Source: Marsupella aquatica
Lineage: Eukaryota; Plantae; Marchantiophyta
DNA: 64,000 bases
NCBI GenBank assembly: GCA_973895155.1
Contig: OZ316892.1
Coordinates: forward strand, 26,497,233 to 26,561,232
Direction of reading: 5' to 3'
Shown here: positions 27,065 through 40,462 of the stretch, in pieces
Layout: every line of letters starts with the position of its first letter
How positions within the stretch are numbered: position 1 is the first letter of the stretch
Made by a program: the position numbers and the translations under genes
The notes under the pieces: generated by a model
What the model saw: the letters and a program-made list of their open reading frames with translations, nothing else
Databases searched by the model: none
What the model was told of the DNA's origin: nothing

Positions 27065-29605
27065 TATACTGGTTGGTGTATAACCAATTACGAGTGGACT
27101 GTTTGGGACGTCACGAAAAATTGGTAACTCAACCTGTAGTCCAATCCGAAGTACAACGGTTTGGCTAACAAGGTGGAAAGAGAAAACGAAAGCAAATTGA
27201 GCCGTTAAGATGGACGCAGCCCGGGACGCAGCAGATGATGGATCCACGAGGCATGAAAATCATCGACATGGCTGAACAAAGCCACGAGCGTCACACAAAC
27301 GATTTGCTCTGGAAATTTGCTTTCGAAATGGTCGAGAGCTTACATCTACCAAGTCATTATATGCTCATCTACTTTCCATTATCACTGCCTCCTTGCTCCA
27401 ATCTAAAGCCGGATGCAGCCATCGATCCATGCAAAATCTGACAGACACACCAACAAGACCAATATCAATTACTTTGTAACTCCTATCCCATATGAATCTA
27501 TTATTTGTTGGCAGGGCAGAACACTGGACAATAAAATCTTTGGCTCTGTTTCCCTCAGTAAAGTAGCTGGAGCATGAAGTTCTCGCTTGCATCTACCTGC
27601 CAAAGCCTGGGAGTCAAATCACTAGAACATCCCACTTAATCTTCGGCAAAACAGCAGACCAAAATGGTACAACCAAAGGGAGCATCGAAGTTAAGTTATC
27701 ATGAAGAGCTATGACCTACTCAGCTTGTACGAACTGAAATTTAAAAGAAAGCCATTGAGATACACTTCGAATGCACACCTTTCAACTCAGGTTACACTTC
27801 GAATGCATACCTTTCAACTCAGGTGGACCTTTGATGAGTTGAGAAAATGATGACTAAGCATGCGGGCCACGGTGCCTGGTCAATTGATGAGAATCCGTGG
27901 AAGTCATCGTTACAGCTAAGCCAAGGCAAGCTAGACCAGGCCAGGCAAGTCCAATCAAATCCAATTATGTCCGGCAAGTGGCCAATCTTCTCCTAGTTGG
28001 CTGTGGTTTTTTCTGTACCTCCAAGGGGCCGTCGAAGACACAGGAAAAAGAGTTTGGCTAGCCTGGTACTACCTGTACGACATAATAATGCACAGGGGCA
28101 GGACAAAGCAAACTTCTTTTGCCCACGCAACATTGGGAAGCGGTGAATTCTTAAATCGATCTGGTTCCTACACTATGGTATTGCTCTTTGAAGCTCTGGG
28201 ACATATAGTATTCGCAATCACTCGGCAATCACTCGACTGCAATAAGCATTTGGTTTCCATCACCAATTGCTTTCTAAGTAGCTGGAACTTGCCACTGAGA
28301 AAAGTTAACGAAGGAATGGAAGAACCGCTCCATCGGCTCCTCCCATCTACCATCACTCCGACCCAGACATTGGCAGAAAAGAGAAGCTTTGTACCGACCA
28401 GATATAAGTTTTCAGCAGGGCCCAAACCTCAACATCCAAAAGAGCCGGCCAGACCGATTGTACTTCACATTTTTTAGTCGATGTGAAGCTGTCCATTGCC
28501 AGTGAGATTACAGGTCGGTTTGCCAGTGAGATTACAGGTCGGTTACTACTGGAGATGGAGAAGGTGTCAATGGAATCGACTGGATGACCAGACGACTTGA
28601 GCAGCTGATCTGATCATTGAAATTGACAATGAATCAATCATGTTGAGCATAGATGACATTCGCAACGGCAAGTCCATAAACCATCCAACTCACAATAATT
28701 GACATAGAGAGATACGTGATTCACCTCCACATGAGACTATATCCATGGGAACACACAAGAGCTTTATTGCATTCTAGGCCGACCGGCCATACCAAGCATC
28801 CACAGCACAAGCTCTCCCACTACAACACTATGCACCTCTTTTGCGAACCACCACCCTTCGCATCATACAAAGGAAACAAAATCAGAAATACCCAATTTGC
28901 GAACTTACTCGCATCGCAACGTCTTCGCTACTTCCCATCTCAAATTCTTCGCAAACGGCCCTTCGCAACTACTTCGCAACTTGCGATTCTAAATACGTCG
29001 CAACATCTCCGCAACGTTGCGACGGCACTGTCCTTGCAAATATTGAGAAACGACAAATTTCATTATTTTGCGAGAACAAATGAATCGCTCGCGTTGCGAT
29101 AACATTTACATCGCAATTTCCGATGTTAAATTTCTCTATAACTTGCGATGCAAACAAACTCGTAAGATTGCGAGAAGCGGATGACCGCTTTGTTGTGAAG
29201 GCATTTAACTCGCAAACATGTGGAGAGGAAGTCTTCGCTAGGGTTGTGATTTAGACAACATCGCAAGTGTTGCGATGCGTTTCTCCTCGGAATGGTTGCG
29301 ATATGTTCACCGTGGCTCTTTGAGATGGGGGTTGGTTCTCAAAAGCTTCGCAAAATGTATATTTCATGGGTTTTTGTGTATTTGGGTTAGGGTGAGGGTG
29401 AGGGAGACCATTCATGGGTTTTGAAGGAGGGAGGAAAGTGATGTTGACCCAGTCTGTCGCAATTAAAATGGCATTACTGAAAAAGTACAAAAGTTACAAA
29501 ATGGAAGGGTAAAAACCCTTAGGTAAAGTGCCACGGCCATGCATGCTGATCGCTATACATGTGAACTCGATGTAAGTGCTCTAGCTACAACTTGTCTACA
29601 TCGAG

Positions 29606-31703
29606 CTAGAAAGGAGTGTTCCTGCCCCTCCTTGCCTTCTTCCCCTTGGCCTTCTCCTTGCCCTTGTGTGCTCTTGGGGGGGGTGCAACCTGGACTTCCT
29701 CCTCCTCTTGGTCACCCTCGGGGTCACCCTCATCCTCATCCTCATCCTCATCCCCACCTCCACCGCCCTGGCTTGCCGCGCTACCACCCCCAGCACCACT
29801 GGAACGTGCTGATGCAAATGACTGGTCTCCAGTGCTAGTTGGTCTGGCTTGAGTAACAGGAGCTGTGCTCCCCTCCCCTGTCCCCTCCACATCCTCATCA
29901 CTACTATCGGTGCCACCCTCGGTATGGGAGTCACCATCCTCCCCTCCCTGCTTCCATTAGCAAACCAGGGTGTCTGTTAGTCTCATATTATTTACAAGTG
30001 TGAACAAAAGAGATATTCATTCAAAATTGCAATGAATGTAATAACCTAAAAATTCTCACCAATAATTCATCAACTTGCTGAAAGAGATGCTCCTTCCCAT
30101 GTTTCTGGCCCACCTCCATCTCAACCGCCGTAATCTTCCTCTTGTACCTCTTGTACTAAGCCAAAACAAAACCAGCACAATTGGGTTAACACCAACCCAT
30201 AACCCGATTCACATGGCTTCTAAAAATTAGGGGGTTTGTTGGGGCTGGTGGGGTGGTGCATCAAGGTTTTGGGGTTATGGAGGGTGGCATATATGGGGAA
30301 GACCCTCAAAGAACACTTAAACGATCGGAAAATTTAAAAATTCAAATTTTTGAAATTTTGCGAAGGCGCCAGCTTCGCAATCATAAGGACAATTACGTTT
30401 GCGAAGCTGGTTGCGATGCGAACGTCTTCGCAACGCCTTCACAAACGTAAGCAAAAAAAGGGCATAATAAGGTTTGCGAAGGATTTGCGAAGCTACCCGC
30501 ATCGCAAATGTATCGCAAACTCTGTCATGGCAAAAACCCGAGAGGGAAGCAACTGTACGTGACCTAATCTGACACAACAAGTCTAATTGTAACTACTTGG
30601 TGGAAATGCAAGAAAGAGTTGGCTCATTGCAGGTGTGTTGGAATAGGAATTGGAGTAGCAAGAAGTCAAGGGAGGAGAGGGAGGTGCACTCACGAATGCT
30701 GCTTTGAGGCCGGGGAGGCCACCTTGACCCAGCCTGTGGGTGATGTTGGGCTTGTCTCGGACTCGCTCAGCTACCTTCAGGAACTTGTTGGGTGGATCGC
30801 CTACTTCTGCTACAACCTGCTGGAGCTGGGCTACCTTCTGCTCCATCACCTTCAGGTCCCGGTCAGACTTCCCGGCCTCCTTTGCCCTTCGAGCCTTTGC
30901 CAGCTTCTCTGTGAAATCATTGAGGAGCCTGGCTGCTTTCAACTTCACCTCTGTCTGGTAGAAGGCCTGCCAGATATCTTCTGAGAATTGCAGCGGCCTC
31001 TGCAAATTCCTATACTCCTCCAAATCTCTAAGGTGAGACCTGATCTTCATTCTATCATGGTATCTAGCTTGTGACATGGAGTTTGAAATTTTGTCAGCAA
31101 GCCACTGTGAATCCATCTCTCCTCCATTTTGAAATGCATCTTTCACCTGATTGATGACTCGCTTCTGCTCTGCCTTTGAGCGAGTGCCCCACTCGACTCC
31201 TCTTGCAAAATTTGTGGATACAATGTGCCTGATTGTGCTCTTGGCCCCATTGTAAGCAAGCTCGGTGGGAATCCCCTCATCCTCTAAAGTAATCAGAGGC
31301 AGCTTCCTCCTTGCTGCCTCCTTCTTTCTTTGCTCCTCCCTCTGTTTCCTGATCAGGTCTCTCTCATCTTTCCTCCTCTTCTTTTCCAATGCTTGAGGCG
31401 AGAGCACTCCAGCCTGAGCTCTCTCGTCCCTCTTTTGCTTCCTCTCAGCAGCCGCCTGCTCTGCTGCCTTCCTTGCATCCTCCTCCACTGCTGCTTGCCC
31501 TGCAGTGAGACCTGCTTGCAAGGCTTGGCCCAGAAGGGCACTCAATGATGCCAGCCCTGCTGGACTGGTGAAATCAATTTGACTCAACTGTGCAACCGAA
31601 AAATGCTCATCCACAATCGCCTTCAATCGATCCCCCCCCCTCGGTTGCCTCCGCTGCTGCCAGAAGCTCCTCCATCACCACCAGTCCCCTCTTCGCTCGC
31701 CAT
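29606..31703 (-). CDS. TnpA-like second CACTA gene; exons 31703-30694, 30155-30060, 29947-29606; frameshift in G9 run at 31632-31640
   Basis: GT-AG phase-0 introns join the ORFs. Coiled-coil/basic region, HRLGQGG motif reminiscent of Ptta/En-Spm proteins, acidic tail. ATG at 31703 is in frame if the G run is 10 or 7 long. Confidence 0.6.
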
Positions 31704-32429
31704 CGCTCCGCCCTTGCCCTCGTTGCTCTCCTCAGGCCTGAATGAATTGAATCCGCCTTGTCCGCGCTCGGCAATCCATAAGGATTCAAAATATTGGGCT
31801 TTGCGATTCGTTTCGCATCACAGTTTGCGATGCATCGGCCTTCGCAAAAAGCTTCGCAAATTCTATCTTTGCGAAGCTTCAAGATTCGCAAAAGCCTTCG
31901 CTATTTGGTTTTGCCATAACCCCCGTCTCGCATGCGTATTTGATGTGTTGTTAGGGATACTAAGGGGGCTTATGAACATTAAATGGGGTAGATGTAGAGG
32001 ATTATGTTGCATTTTAGTGGGATGTGATGAGATAAGGATTGGGGGGGTTAGAAAATTGAAGGAGTTATATTGCAGGGTAAGAGGAGGGGGTTTGGCCTGG
32101 TTAGGGGAGGGTTTCTTTTGTGAAGGTTGGGCTTAGATTGGCTTAGATACGAGGGGTTTTATGTTTTGGGTTTGCAGGGGGGTTTTATTTATGAAGGTTG
32201 GGGTTATATGTATTGGAGGGTAAGAGCTAGGAGGGGTTTTATGTTTTGGGTTTTGGGGTTTAGGCCAACTTAGGAGGGTTTGAAAGAGAGTTTTCAGTTT
32301 TATAGTATCTTGGGTTACTTTTATGGTATCTTAGGAGGGTAACCAAGAGGGGTGGCATATAATTATGGTAGAGAGAAGCATAGGATGGTTGAAGGGAATT
32401 GACCATTTAGGTTTTTGCTAACTTCATTG

Positions 32430-33480
32430 GCTTACGCTTTTAGAGTTCCCAAGGGTCTATGGTGGGTTTTTATTGCATGACACTCACCTTTCACTTGAAG
32501 CGGGATGAGGTTTTGGTTTTTATGCTAACAATTGAGGGAAATCCCATGTAATCATGATCCAGTGCAGGACCATCACTGCTTCCTCAACTTTTGTCTAATG
32601 CATATGCATTGTGGGAACCCGGACATCTAAAAGGTATATTTAAACATGTATGTTAGCAGGGTTTGATAAAGAGATTGTTCATAAACCTTGCCCTTCTTTG
32701 TTGTGCAAGAATATCTATATGCACATGTTTGGGGGTCTACAACTTGAGAGAAGCTAATGGCTATCCAAACTTACTTTTTTGTTTCCAGTATTTTCCTCGT
32801 GCTTCTAGATTCAGCTCATGTTCAATGAGCCACACGACCTACAGGCACTATTGAGTTCGGATCTCATTCAGGTAATTATTGTCCAACTTCATTCTGGGCT
32901 TAGGCCTTTAGAGTTTTCCCAGGGGTCTAGGGTGGGTTTTTATTGCATGACACTCACCTTTCACTCGAGGGGGGATAAGGGTTTAGGGTTTAGGGTTTTA
33001 TGCTAACAATTGAGGGGAAAACCCATGTAATCATGATACAACGCAGGGCCAACACTACTACCTCAACTTTTGTCTAATGCATATGCATTGTGGGAACCCG
33101 GGCATCTAAAAGGTATAACATCATGTATACAGTCAATGTTGTTAGTACAGATTTTTATGCTTGCCCTTCTTTGTTGTGCCATGATATATGTGGGTAAATG
33201 TCTAAGATTCCACAACTTGACGGTTGCTAATTACCATCCAAACTTACATTTTGTTTCCAGTATTTTCCTCCTACTTCTAGATTTGGCAAATGTTCCAAAA
33301 GCCACGTGACCTATAGGCACTGTTGAGCCCGGGTCTCATTCAGGTAATAATCTAACCTCACTTAGGACATAGGGTATTATAATTTTCCCAAAGGTTATAA
33401 TGTGGTTTCTTCTTGCATGACACTCACCTTAATTTGGGTTTCATGCTAACAAATATAAAAGGGTAATAAAACCCCATGTA
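32430..33480. repeat. ~475-bp tandem repeat (2 copies plus a partial third) between the divergent CACTA genes
   Basis: ttgcatgacactcacctt at ~32472, ~32943 and ~33413; ctcaacttttgtctaatgcatatgcattgtgggaacccgg twice. Confidence 0.8.
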
Positions 33481-33553
33481 TAAACCAACCTAATTGTTTT
33501 TTGAGTTCATTTTTTTTAAAATCGCTTTATATATGGCCTAATTTTTCCTAATC

Positions 33554-34753
33554 ATGCCCTACATGCAATGTAATGTGGCAGTGGATATGTCCTCTTCCTC
33601 TGAACTATCCAGTAGTGAGTACTCCTCCGATGACGATATACCCCCTCCTCCTCAGCCCGAGGTTACTGGTCCTCGTGGTCCACCCCGAAGACTTTGTGAC
33701 TGCACCAGATGTGTGGGCCAAATTTCTCAAAAATCTTATGTGTGTGCTCAACATATTGAGAGATATGGACGTCATAGAGGTCTTACTCCCGGGGCTTCTT
33801 CATCCCATATGGTAAGTTTGTTTCAATTGATTGCCGTTCTTTACTGTTATTTTTAGAGGTGAATCAATGTTTACACATATGGTTTACACATTTGGTTGTT
33901 TGTGGGTGTTTGCATGGAATAGGGATCCAGTATGCGTAGATTGGTGACACCACCACCCTATGTCCCATCACAAGGAGTTTTAGATGCTATAGGCAATGCA
34001 CTTTCACAAGCCTTGGGTTTGGGAATTAGTACCAGTCATGGGACAGAAGGGGAACACCCTCATGTGCCCACTGAGACACGAAGACCCCGGTCCAGGCCCC
34101 AATCCAACAGGAGGCCACGAGCACCCAATGACCCATCCAGAACACTAGTTCAGGGTAGGTGGGGTGTTTGTTCATTCACTGGCAAGTGTGCCTCTATCAT
34201 CAAGGATTGGGAACCTATCACTCTTGGCTTGCCTTATTTTACAGATTTTGATGAGGAGATTGTGGTTTGGGGTAGACGTTGGATTGTGAAAACTTCCACA
34301 CTTGGAGAGAGACATGGATATGGAGTATTTGCTTGTGAGGATATCATCATGGATGAGGAGGGTGGGTCAAGTGTTCGTGGTAGAGAGGGTCCTACTTTGT
34401 TCCCATACGGTGGACCCATCTACAAGAGAAGACATTGGAACATGATCCTTGCACAACATCCTGAGTGGAAAACATATGCTCTAGAGATGGATACTTTTGA
34501 TGGTAGCACTAGAAGGCATAGTGAGAAGCGGGTGATAGATGGTGATCCCATACGTAATGGGAATATTGTTGGTTTCATAAATAGTACTGTGGGGACTCGG
34601 CCCAAGCGTAGGGCCAATTGTGAGTGGGTTTTTACTGATGGTCCAATGCCGGCACCATATGGCACGACATATCATAAGGACCATTGCTTAGTTCTTGCTA
34701 CTAGGACCATTAGAGGAGGAGATGAGTTATTCACACACTATGAGTGGGATTAG
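33554..34753 (+). CDS. CACTA-encoded SET-domain protein; exons 33554-33811 and 33923-34753 (~362 aa)
   Basis: SET motifs: HGYGVFACEDI, PYGG, YAL, IDG...GNIVGFINS, ANCEW, LATRTIRGGDELFTHY. ORF uninterrupted; phase-0 donor ATG|gtaagt and acceptor aatag|GGA. Confidence 0.8.
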
Positions 34754-37700
34754 GAAATCATGTCCTTTATCCTCTTGCACCTATTTTGGACTTCCCATTT
34801 ACTATTATATATATGGCCTTTGGGCTCATTTTGGAGTAATAAGGTTTTAGCCCATGCATTTACTTTAATTCTTAATGTCTTGAATGAATGGTGTTAAGTC
34901 TATTTTAATTTGTTGTACTTGGTCAAATATACATGAGGAGGTTTTTTGGTTGTAATGTGCATAGAATGTGCAACCATCTCAACAAATGTTACCACGAAGG
35001 TTGAGAGCAACATATCGGGAGATGGGTATGTCAGAAGAGGGAGAACCATCAGAGGGTGATTCCTCATCAAGTAATGATGTAGGTGGTGCTGATGAGGAAG
35101 CCGCACCTCGGACTGATGACCAGGTCATGCATGATCAAGATAGAGCCATGGATGACTTCATGGTTGATTGGTTTGGTGCCGATGTTGAGGATGATGTGCC
35201 TCACATTGGTCATGAGGTTGGCCCTTCAAATGACCCACGGCCACAACATACTCCAGAGGGACAACAACAATGGAAAGAGGCAGAGGAACATGCTCGAACA
35301 CCTATTTTTGAGGGTGCTCGGTTGAGCCGTCTTTCTGCCATATTGGGGCTCTTGAACATTCAAGCCAAACACAAGACAAGCAATTCTATGTTATCAGACA
35401 TATTTGAATATTGTCATGACTTGATGTTACCCTCGGAGAATGTGTTGCCAGGGACCTGGAAGGATGCAAAGAAGGTTCTCTCATCCATTGGTATGGATTA
35501 CCATATTATTCATGCCTGTGTGAATGATTGCATGTTATTTCACGGGGATACAGCCCATATCACAGAATGCACAGTGTGTCATGAGCCACGGTATGAGCCA
35601 AACATGCTAACCCAGAAGGTACCAAGGAAAGCAGTTCGTTGGTTCCCCATAATTCCTCGCTTGTTGCACATGTATAGATGTTCTGACTTGGCCGAGTTGA
35701 TGGTATGGCACAAGAAACATCGTTCGGAGCCCGGTGTCATGCGATTACCAGTTGACTCTCCTGCTCATAAACATGTGGAATCAACATGGCCAGATTTTGA
35801 GCGTGACCCTCGGCATGTGCGACTGGGGTTGGCATCAGATGGAGTTAGCCCTCATTCACTTGGAGGGAAGGGGAGACCTACATCGGTCTGGCCTATGGTT
35901 CTCATGAATTACAACCTTCCACCATGGTTGTCCATGAAAAAGGGTTTTTTGTTGCTATCTTTGATTATCCCAGGGCCAAAGAAGGTGAAGAACATGGACA
36001 CCTATTTGACATTACTGGTTCAGGAACTCCAGAAATTATGGGAAGGAGTATGGGCATATGATGGTCGAAAGACTACAGGGGGTACCCCACGGGTTTTCAA
36101 ACTCAAAGGGGTTTGTATGTGGACCATGCATGACTACCCAGGTAAGAACTTTGTTGTTTAAATGCATCATATTCTAATGCATGGTATCCCCTCATTTCCA
36201 TGTGCTAATCCTAGCATAATGTGTGTTTATATGACCAGGATTTGGCTTTGTGAGTGGGTTGCAAACCCAAGGCTACAAGGCTTGCTCCACTTGTGGCCCA
36301 AGCCTTGGTGATGTAGCCAAGTATTCATCACATCTTCGCAAGATTGTTTATCTTGGGCATACAAAGTTTCTTCCAATGGAACATCAGATGAGGCGTGACC
36401 CACTACTATTTTCCTCTATTGATATGCCCTTTGGTGACGAGCGTGATGTACCTGAGCCAACAACTTTTACACACTGGAAAGACATGGCTGCAAGAGTGGC
36501 AGACCCAGAGGATCCCATGCAATTTGACGGTAGTGGCTTGACAAGGTGGAGTATATTAACCACTTTGCCCTATTGGGGTGAGTTGAAGATCCGCCATCTA
36601 TTAGACCCCATGCACATTGAGGGAAATGTGGGAAAGGCTTTGATAAAGGCTTTCTATGGAGAGAAAGACACTAACTTCAGGGAGGCTTGTGAGGATCTTG
36701 AGATGCATCCAGACGTGTGGGTCATAAGTGATCCTATCACAGGGATCGAGCATCGACCTTCAGCTCCATGGGTGCTTCCTATTGGCCAGAGAAGGGAGTT
36801 TCAGAATCGCATAGGAGACATGCGGTTTCCTACTGGTTATGGTGCCAATCTCCGAAAGGCCTTTGGGATGGAGGACAATCATAAGTGGCCAAGGTATCTC
36901 AAGACACATGACTACCATAGGTTATTGCAGCACATATTGCCTGTGGCCATAATAGGTTTGGCAAGTGAAGAAGTGCAAGATGCCCTTTGGTCATTGAGAA
37001 AATTATTGAGATGGGTATGCTCTAAGGAGATATATACTGATGAGATCCCTGGGATGGAGGTTTTGGCAGCAGAGGTGGTATGCAAGTTGGAGAAGGCCCT
37101 TCCTCCTTCCTTTTTTGACTGTCAAGTGCATTTACTTGTTCATCTTGTTCATGAGGTGGCCATTGCAGGTCCTGTGCATTGTCGGTGGATGTATTGGCTA
37201 GAATGATACATGGCAGTGTTAAAAGGTTATGTACGTAACCGTGCACAGGTTGAGGGAAGCATGGCTACAGGATACTTAGCAGCTGAGAGTATGTTCTATT
37301 GTAGTAACATATTGGCCACAATTGATTGTACCTCTCCCCGTACTTGGGTAGAGGAGAGGGAAGATGAAGAGGATCGTTTAACAGGTGCTAGGAAAACTCG
37401 CATGTTGACACCAGTGGAGGTGAAACAACTGACCACATTCGTGTTGAGTAACAGCACTATCATGGAAGAATGGAGGGATTTCTATGAGGATGCCAAAAGT
37501 AACAGCACAAGACCAAGGATTTTTCCAAAGTACCTTGACTATATGAAGGAGAAGTTAGTTGAGGTGGATGACATGGTGGTCAGGGGAGAGAGTGTATTAC
37601 ATTTTCCGGCTATCACAGATGATGTTCGTACCATTGTTCATGGTCCCTTGAGAGTGGTTACAACAAGGACAGCAATGTGGACACAAGGAAGACATTTCAG

Positions 37701-38358
37701 GTGATCTCCATCTACCTTAGTAACCTTTGATTTGAATCACTTGGTTTAATTTAATTCATTTGTAATACAAGCACGTATATTGAAGAGGCAGATTCTTGGT
37801 GTGTTCAATTAATTGGAATATGTTTGTGTCTATTTTTGTGTAACATATCCTTATGGTTTGATGGATTTTAGGATTTCTTCCCTTGATGAGAAGAGGGGTC
37901 GTACCTTTGATTGTGGAGTTCAAGGACAATTCTCTCAAGATTCCCGCAGTAGTCGCCATGACACAAATATTATTCGAGATGTTGTGCCACATTATGGAAA
38001 GGTAGAAGAGATTCTAGTGATATCTTATGATGCACAATCAAAGTTTGAAGAGTATGTCTTCAAGTGCAAGTGGTTCAAAGTGAACCTTGCAGGTAACAAT
38101 CCTACTGTGGTTCAAGATGAGTGTGGATTTACACAACTGAAGACGTCTGCCACTAGTTTCCAGCCATCTCATTGGCAAACATCAGAGCCGTTCACTTTTC
38201 CAAGTCATGTGGAACAATGTTTCTATATTCCATACCCCCCAAACCCAGAGGAATGGTCACTTGTCATCACATATGTGCCACGGTCTCGTTCAATCGTTGG
38301 GGAAAAGCCTGATATTCTGGTTGTGTCCCAACCTGAAGATGATGAGGACCAAGTTTGA
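33554..38358 (+). pseudogene. CACTA TnpD transposase; exons 33554-33811, 34965-36141, 36239-37700, 37872-38358; one premature TGA at 37204-37206
   Basis: IHACVNDC, RHVRLGLASDG, WPMVLMNYNLPP, TMHDYPG, LDPMHIEGNV, LKTHDYH, PPSFFD..VHLLVHL, GPVHCRWMY, FKCKWF. All splice phases are consistent. Confidence 0.9.
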
Positions 38359-40176
38359 GGGGTCTGTGTTTGTGGATATATAGCTACACGGATATATAGT
38401 TAGATTTGATGATATGAAGATTTCTCTTCTCGGTAGAATGGAGAAATATGTGCTTCTCAATTATCAATAAACTTATGTTTTGTAAGTATATCATTTTCAA
38501 ATGTTGTTTTCTATATCTCCCATCCCTACCCCACACTCACCACACCTTTTGGTAGACTTTATGCAAAGAAAACTCATGTTGCTTGTAGTCCTCTATCCTC
38601 CATGCTTTCCTAATCCCCCCTAGCTGTTCTCCTTATTACTTGTACCCACCTCCCTCCTCCTTTCTTTCATTGTCTGTCCGTCTTATCAAACCCTCCTTCC
38701 TCCTTCCTCTCCTTGTCCCAACCCCTGGCTTTCTATTTCAACCCTATACTTTCCTTACTTTCCACCCCTGTCCCCCACTCTTACCTATACAACCTAGCTT
38801 CTCTCCTCCCTCCTAAACCTATACCCTTAAACCTCCCTCATTTCCTTGTCCCTCTCTAAACCAATACCCTCCCTCCTTTCCTTGTCCCTCTCTAAACCCT
38901 AAACTCCCTCCTTTTTATTTTCACTCCCTAAATCCAAACCCTCCCTAAAACTATATCTACATACCCTTCCTCCTCCCTCATTTCCTTGTGCCCCCTAAAC
39001 CTGTATCCTCCCTCTTGGATCCCTCCGTTCCTTGTCCCTCCTAGCCCCATTCCCTTCCTCCTCCTTTTCATTGTCCCTCCCTAAAAATTACATGTATCCA
39101 CCCTCCTTTACCCTCCCTCCCCAATCCCATTCCTTTTCCACCTCTTTGAAGCGCTCATAATATTTTGCGAAACATCTTGCGAAACCCCTACACCCGCAAA
39201 CTCATCGCTACATTTGCGATACTTAACTGCTCCCTAATTGCCATCATCCCCTCATCGCAAACTTCCGAAGATACCACCATCTCAAAGTTGCGAAACCAAA
39301 ACATTCACAAAATGAGACCCTAGACAGGCACAGGATTTGCGAGCCTATTACTATCGCAAGTTAGCCATATATTCCACAAACATCGCTCATTTGCGAGACA
39401 ATAAGACTCGCAAAATATTTTGAGATGCTTAAATATTCGCAACCATTTAGTTTTCCGGCGCATCTCAATGAATTTGCGAAGCGGTAAAGATCGCTAACTT
39501 GTTCAATGGTAATTGCTTCGGAAATGTTTTGCGATACCTGAAGTGTCGTAAAATGTTGCGATGGTCTAAGTTTCGCAATTATGTGTTGCGATGTGTGTAG
39601 ATTCGCTAAGTGCGATGCGTATCGTATCGCAAGTTTAGCGATGAGATTAATCTTGCAAAGCTTTCTTCCTCTTGTAAAACGCCTTCGCAAAATTGGCAAA
39701 TATGTAGTATTGTCCCTATCTCTCAACTAGCTTCGTAACAATGAGCCTAAGTTTCACCAGGGTCTAGCATCAGTCCTAGCTATATGTACAACAACACTAT
39801 CGCTAACATTAGCTAAATTTTAACCCGAGTTAGATTAATTGTGGTTAGCTCATGAGTCACAAAACTAGAGCAATATCTAACAAATCACAGACGAAATAAG
39901 AAGGAGACAAAGTTTCAGGATTTTTCGAGTGAGTGGACTTTTTGGCAACGCCATCTCTGATCTGAAGAAAACCGACGGAAATTGACGCAAGAAAGTTTGC
40001 AATGGAGACTCTTTGACAACCCGAAGTCTGTATGTCAGGAGCAGCTGGTCATGCTTGTTGACTTAGGAGCAACTGGTCATGGTTCTTGACTTTGGAGTGT
40101 ACGCCACGCCTAGCTTTCTATTCACTTACCCTAACTCTATAATTACGGTAGTACTAGCACGGAAGTGGAATGTGGC

Positions 40177-40462
40177 AGTGTATTTTTTAAGGTTTTTTAC
40201 TTTTAGCCAGTGTGGCGAATGTTTGCTTCTATGAGGGAGGAGTTGCTAAGAATATTCTTTGACAAATTTTATTAAATTAAATTGTGACCGTCAGATATCC
40301 CTAGATTTAAGGAGAGCCGTTAGATTCTGGCTAATGGGGTCAATGATTTGGTGAAAGAGTGGCTAATGGTGTCAGAAAAATGTAACGAATCTTAGCCAAA
40401 AGTGGCGAAAGTTTTTTGGGAGGTGGAATTTGGCTAAAATTCGCACTTAAAAAATACGCTGG
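40177..40462. mobile_element. MITE-like repeat family (related pieces at ~45203-45450 and ~54850-55065)
   Basis: cagtgtattttttaag...cttaaaaaatacgctg inverted ends; shared ttttttaaggtttttt..tagccagtgt, gctaagaa and cagatatccctagattta motifs. Confidence 0.55.

Larger units (their letters stand above)
28818..39709. mobile_element. CACTA (En/Spm) DNA transposon, ~10.9 kb
   Basis: Left end CACTACA; right end TGTAGTA (one mismatch to TGTAGTG). Dense TTGCGA/TCGCAA subterminal repeats at both ends; encodes a Transposase_21-type TnpD. 3-bp TSD not recognisable, so ends are tentative. Confidence 0.85.

Noticed and set aside
32979-33000. Telomere-like GGGTTTA repeats
   Set aside because: Only about three units within a G/T-rich TE spacer; not evidence of a chromosome end or healing.
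38520-39140. Long pyrimidine-rich CCCT tract
   Set aside because: Low-complexity CACTA internal sequence with no further structure identified.
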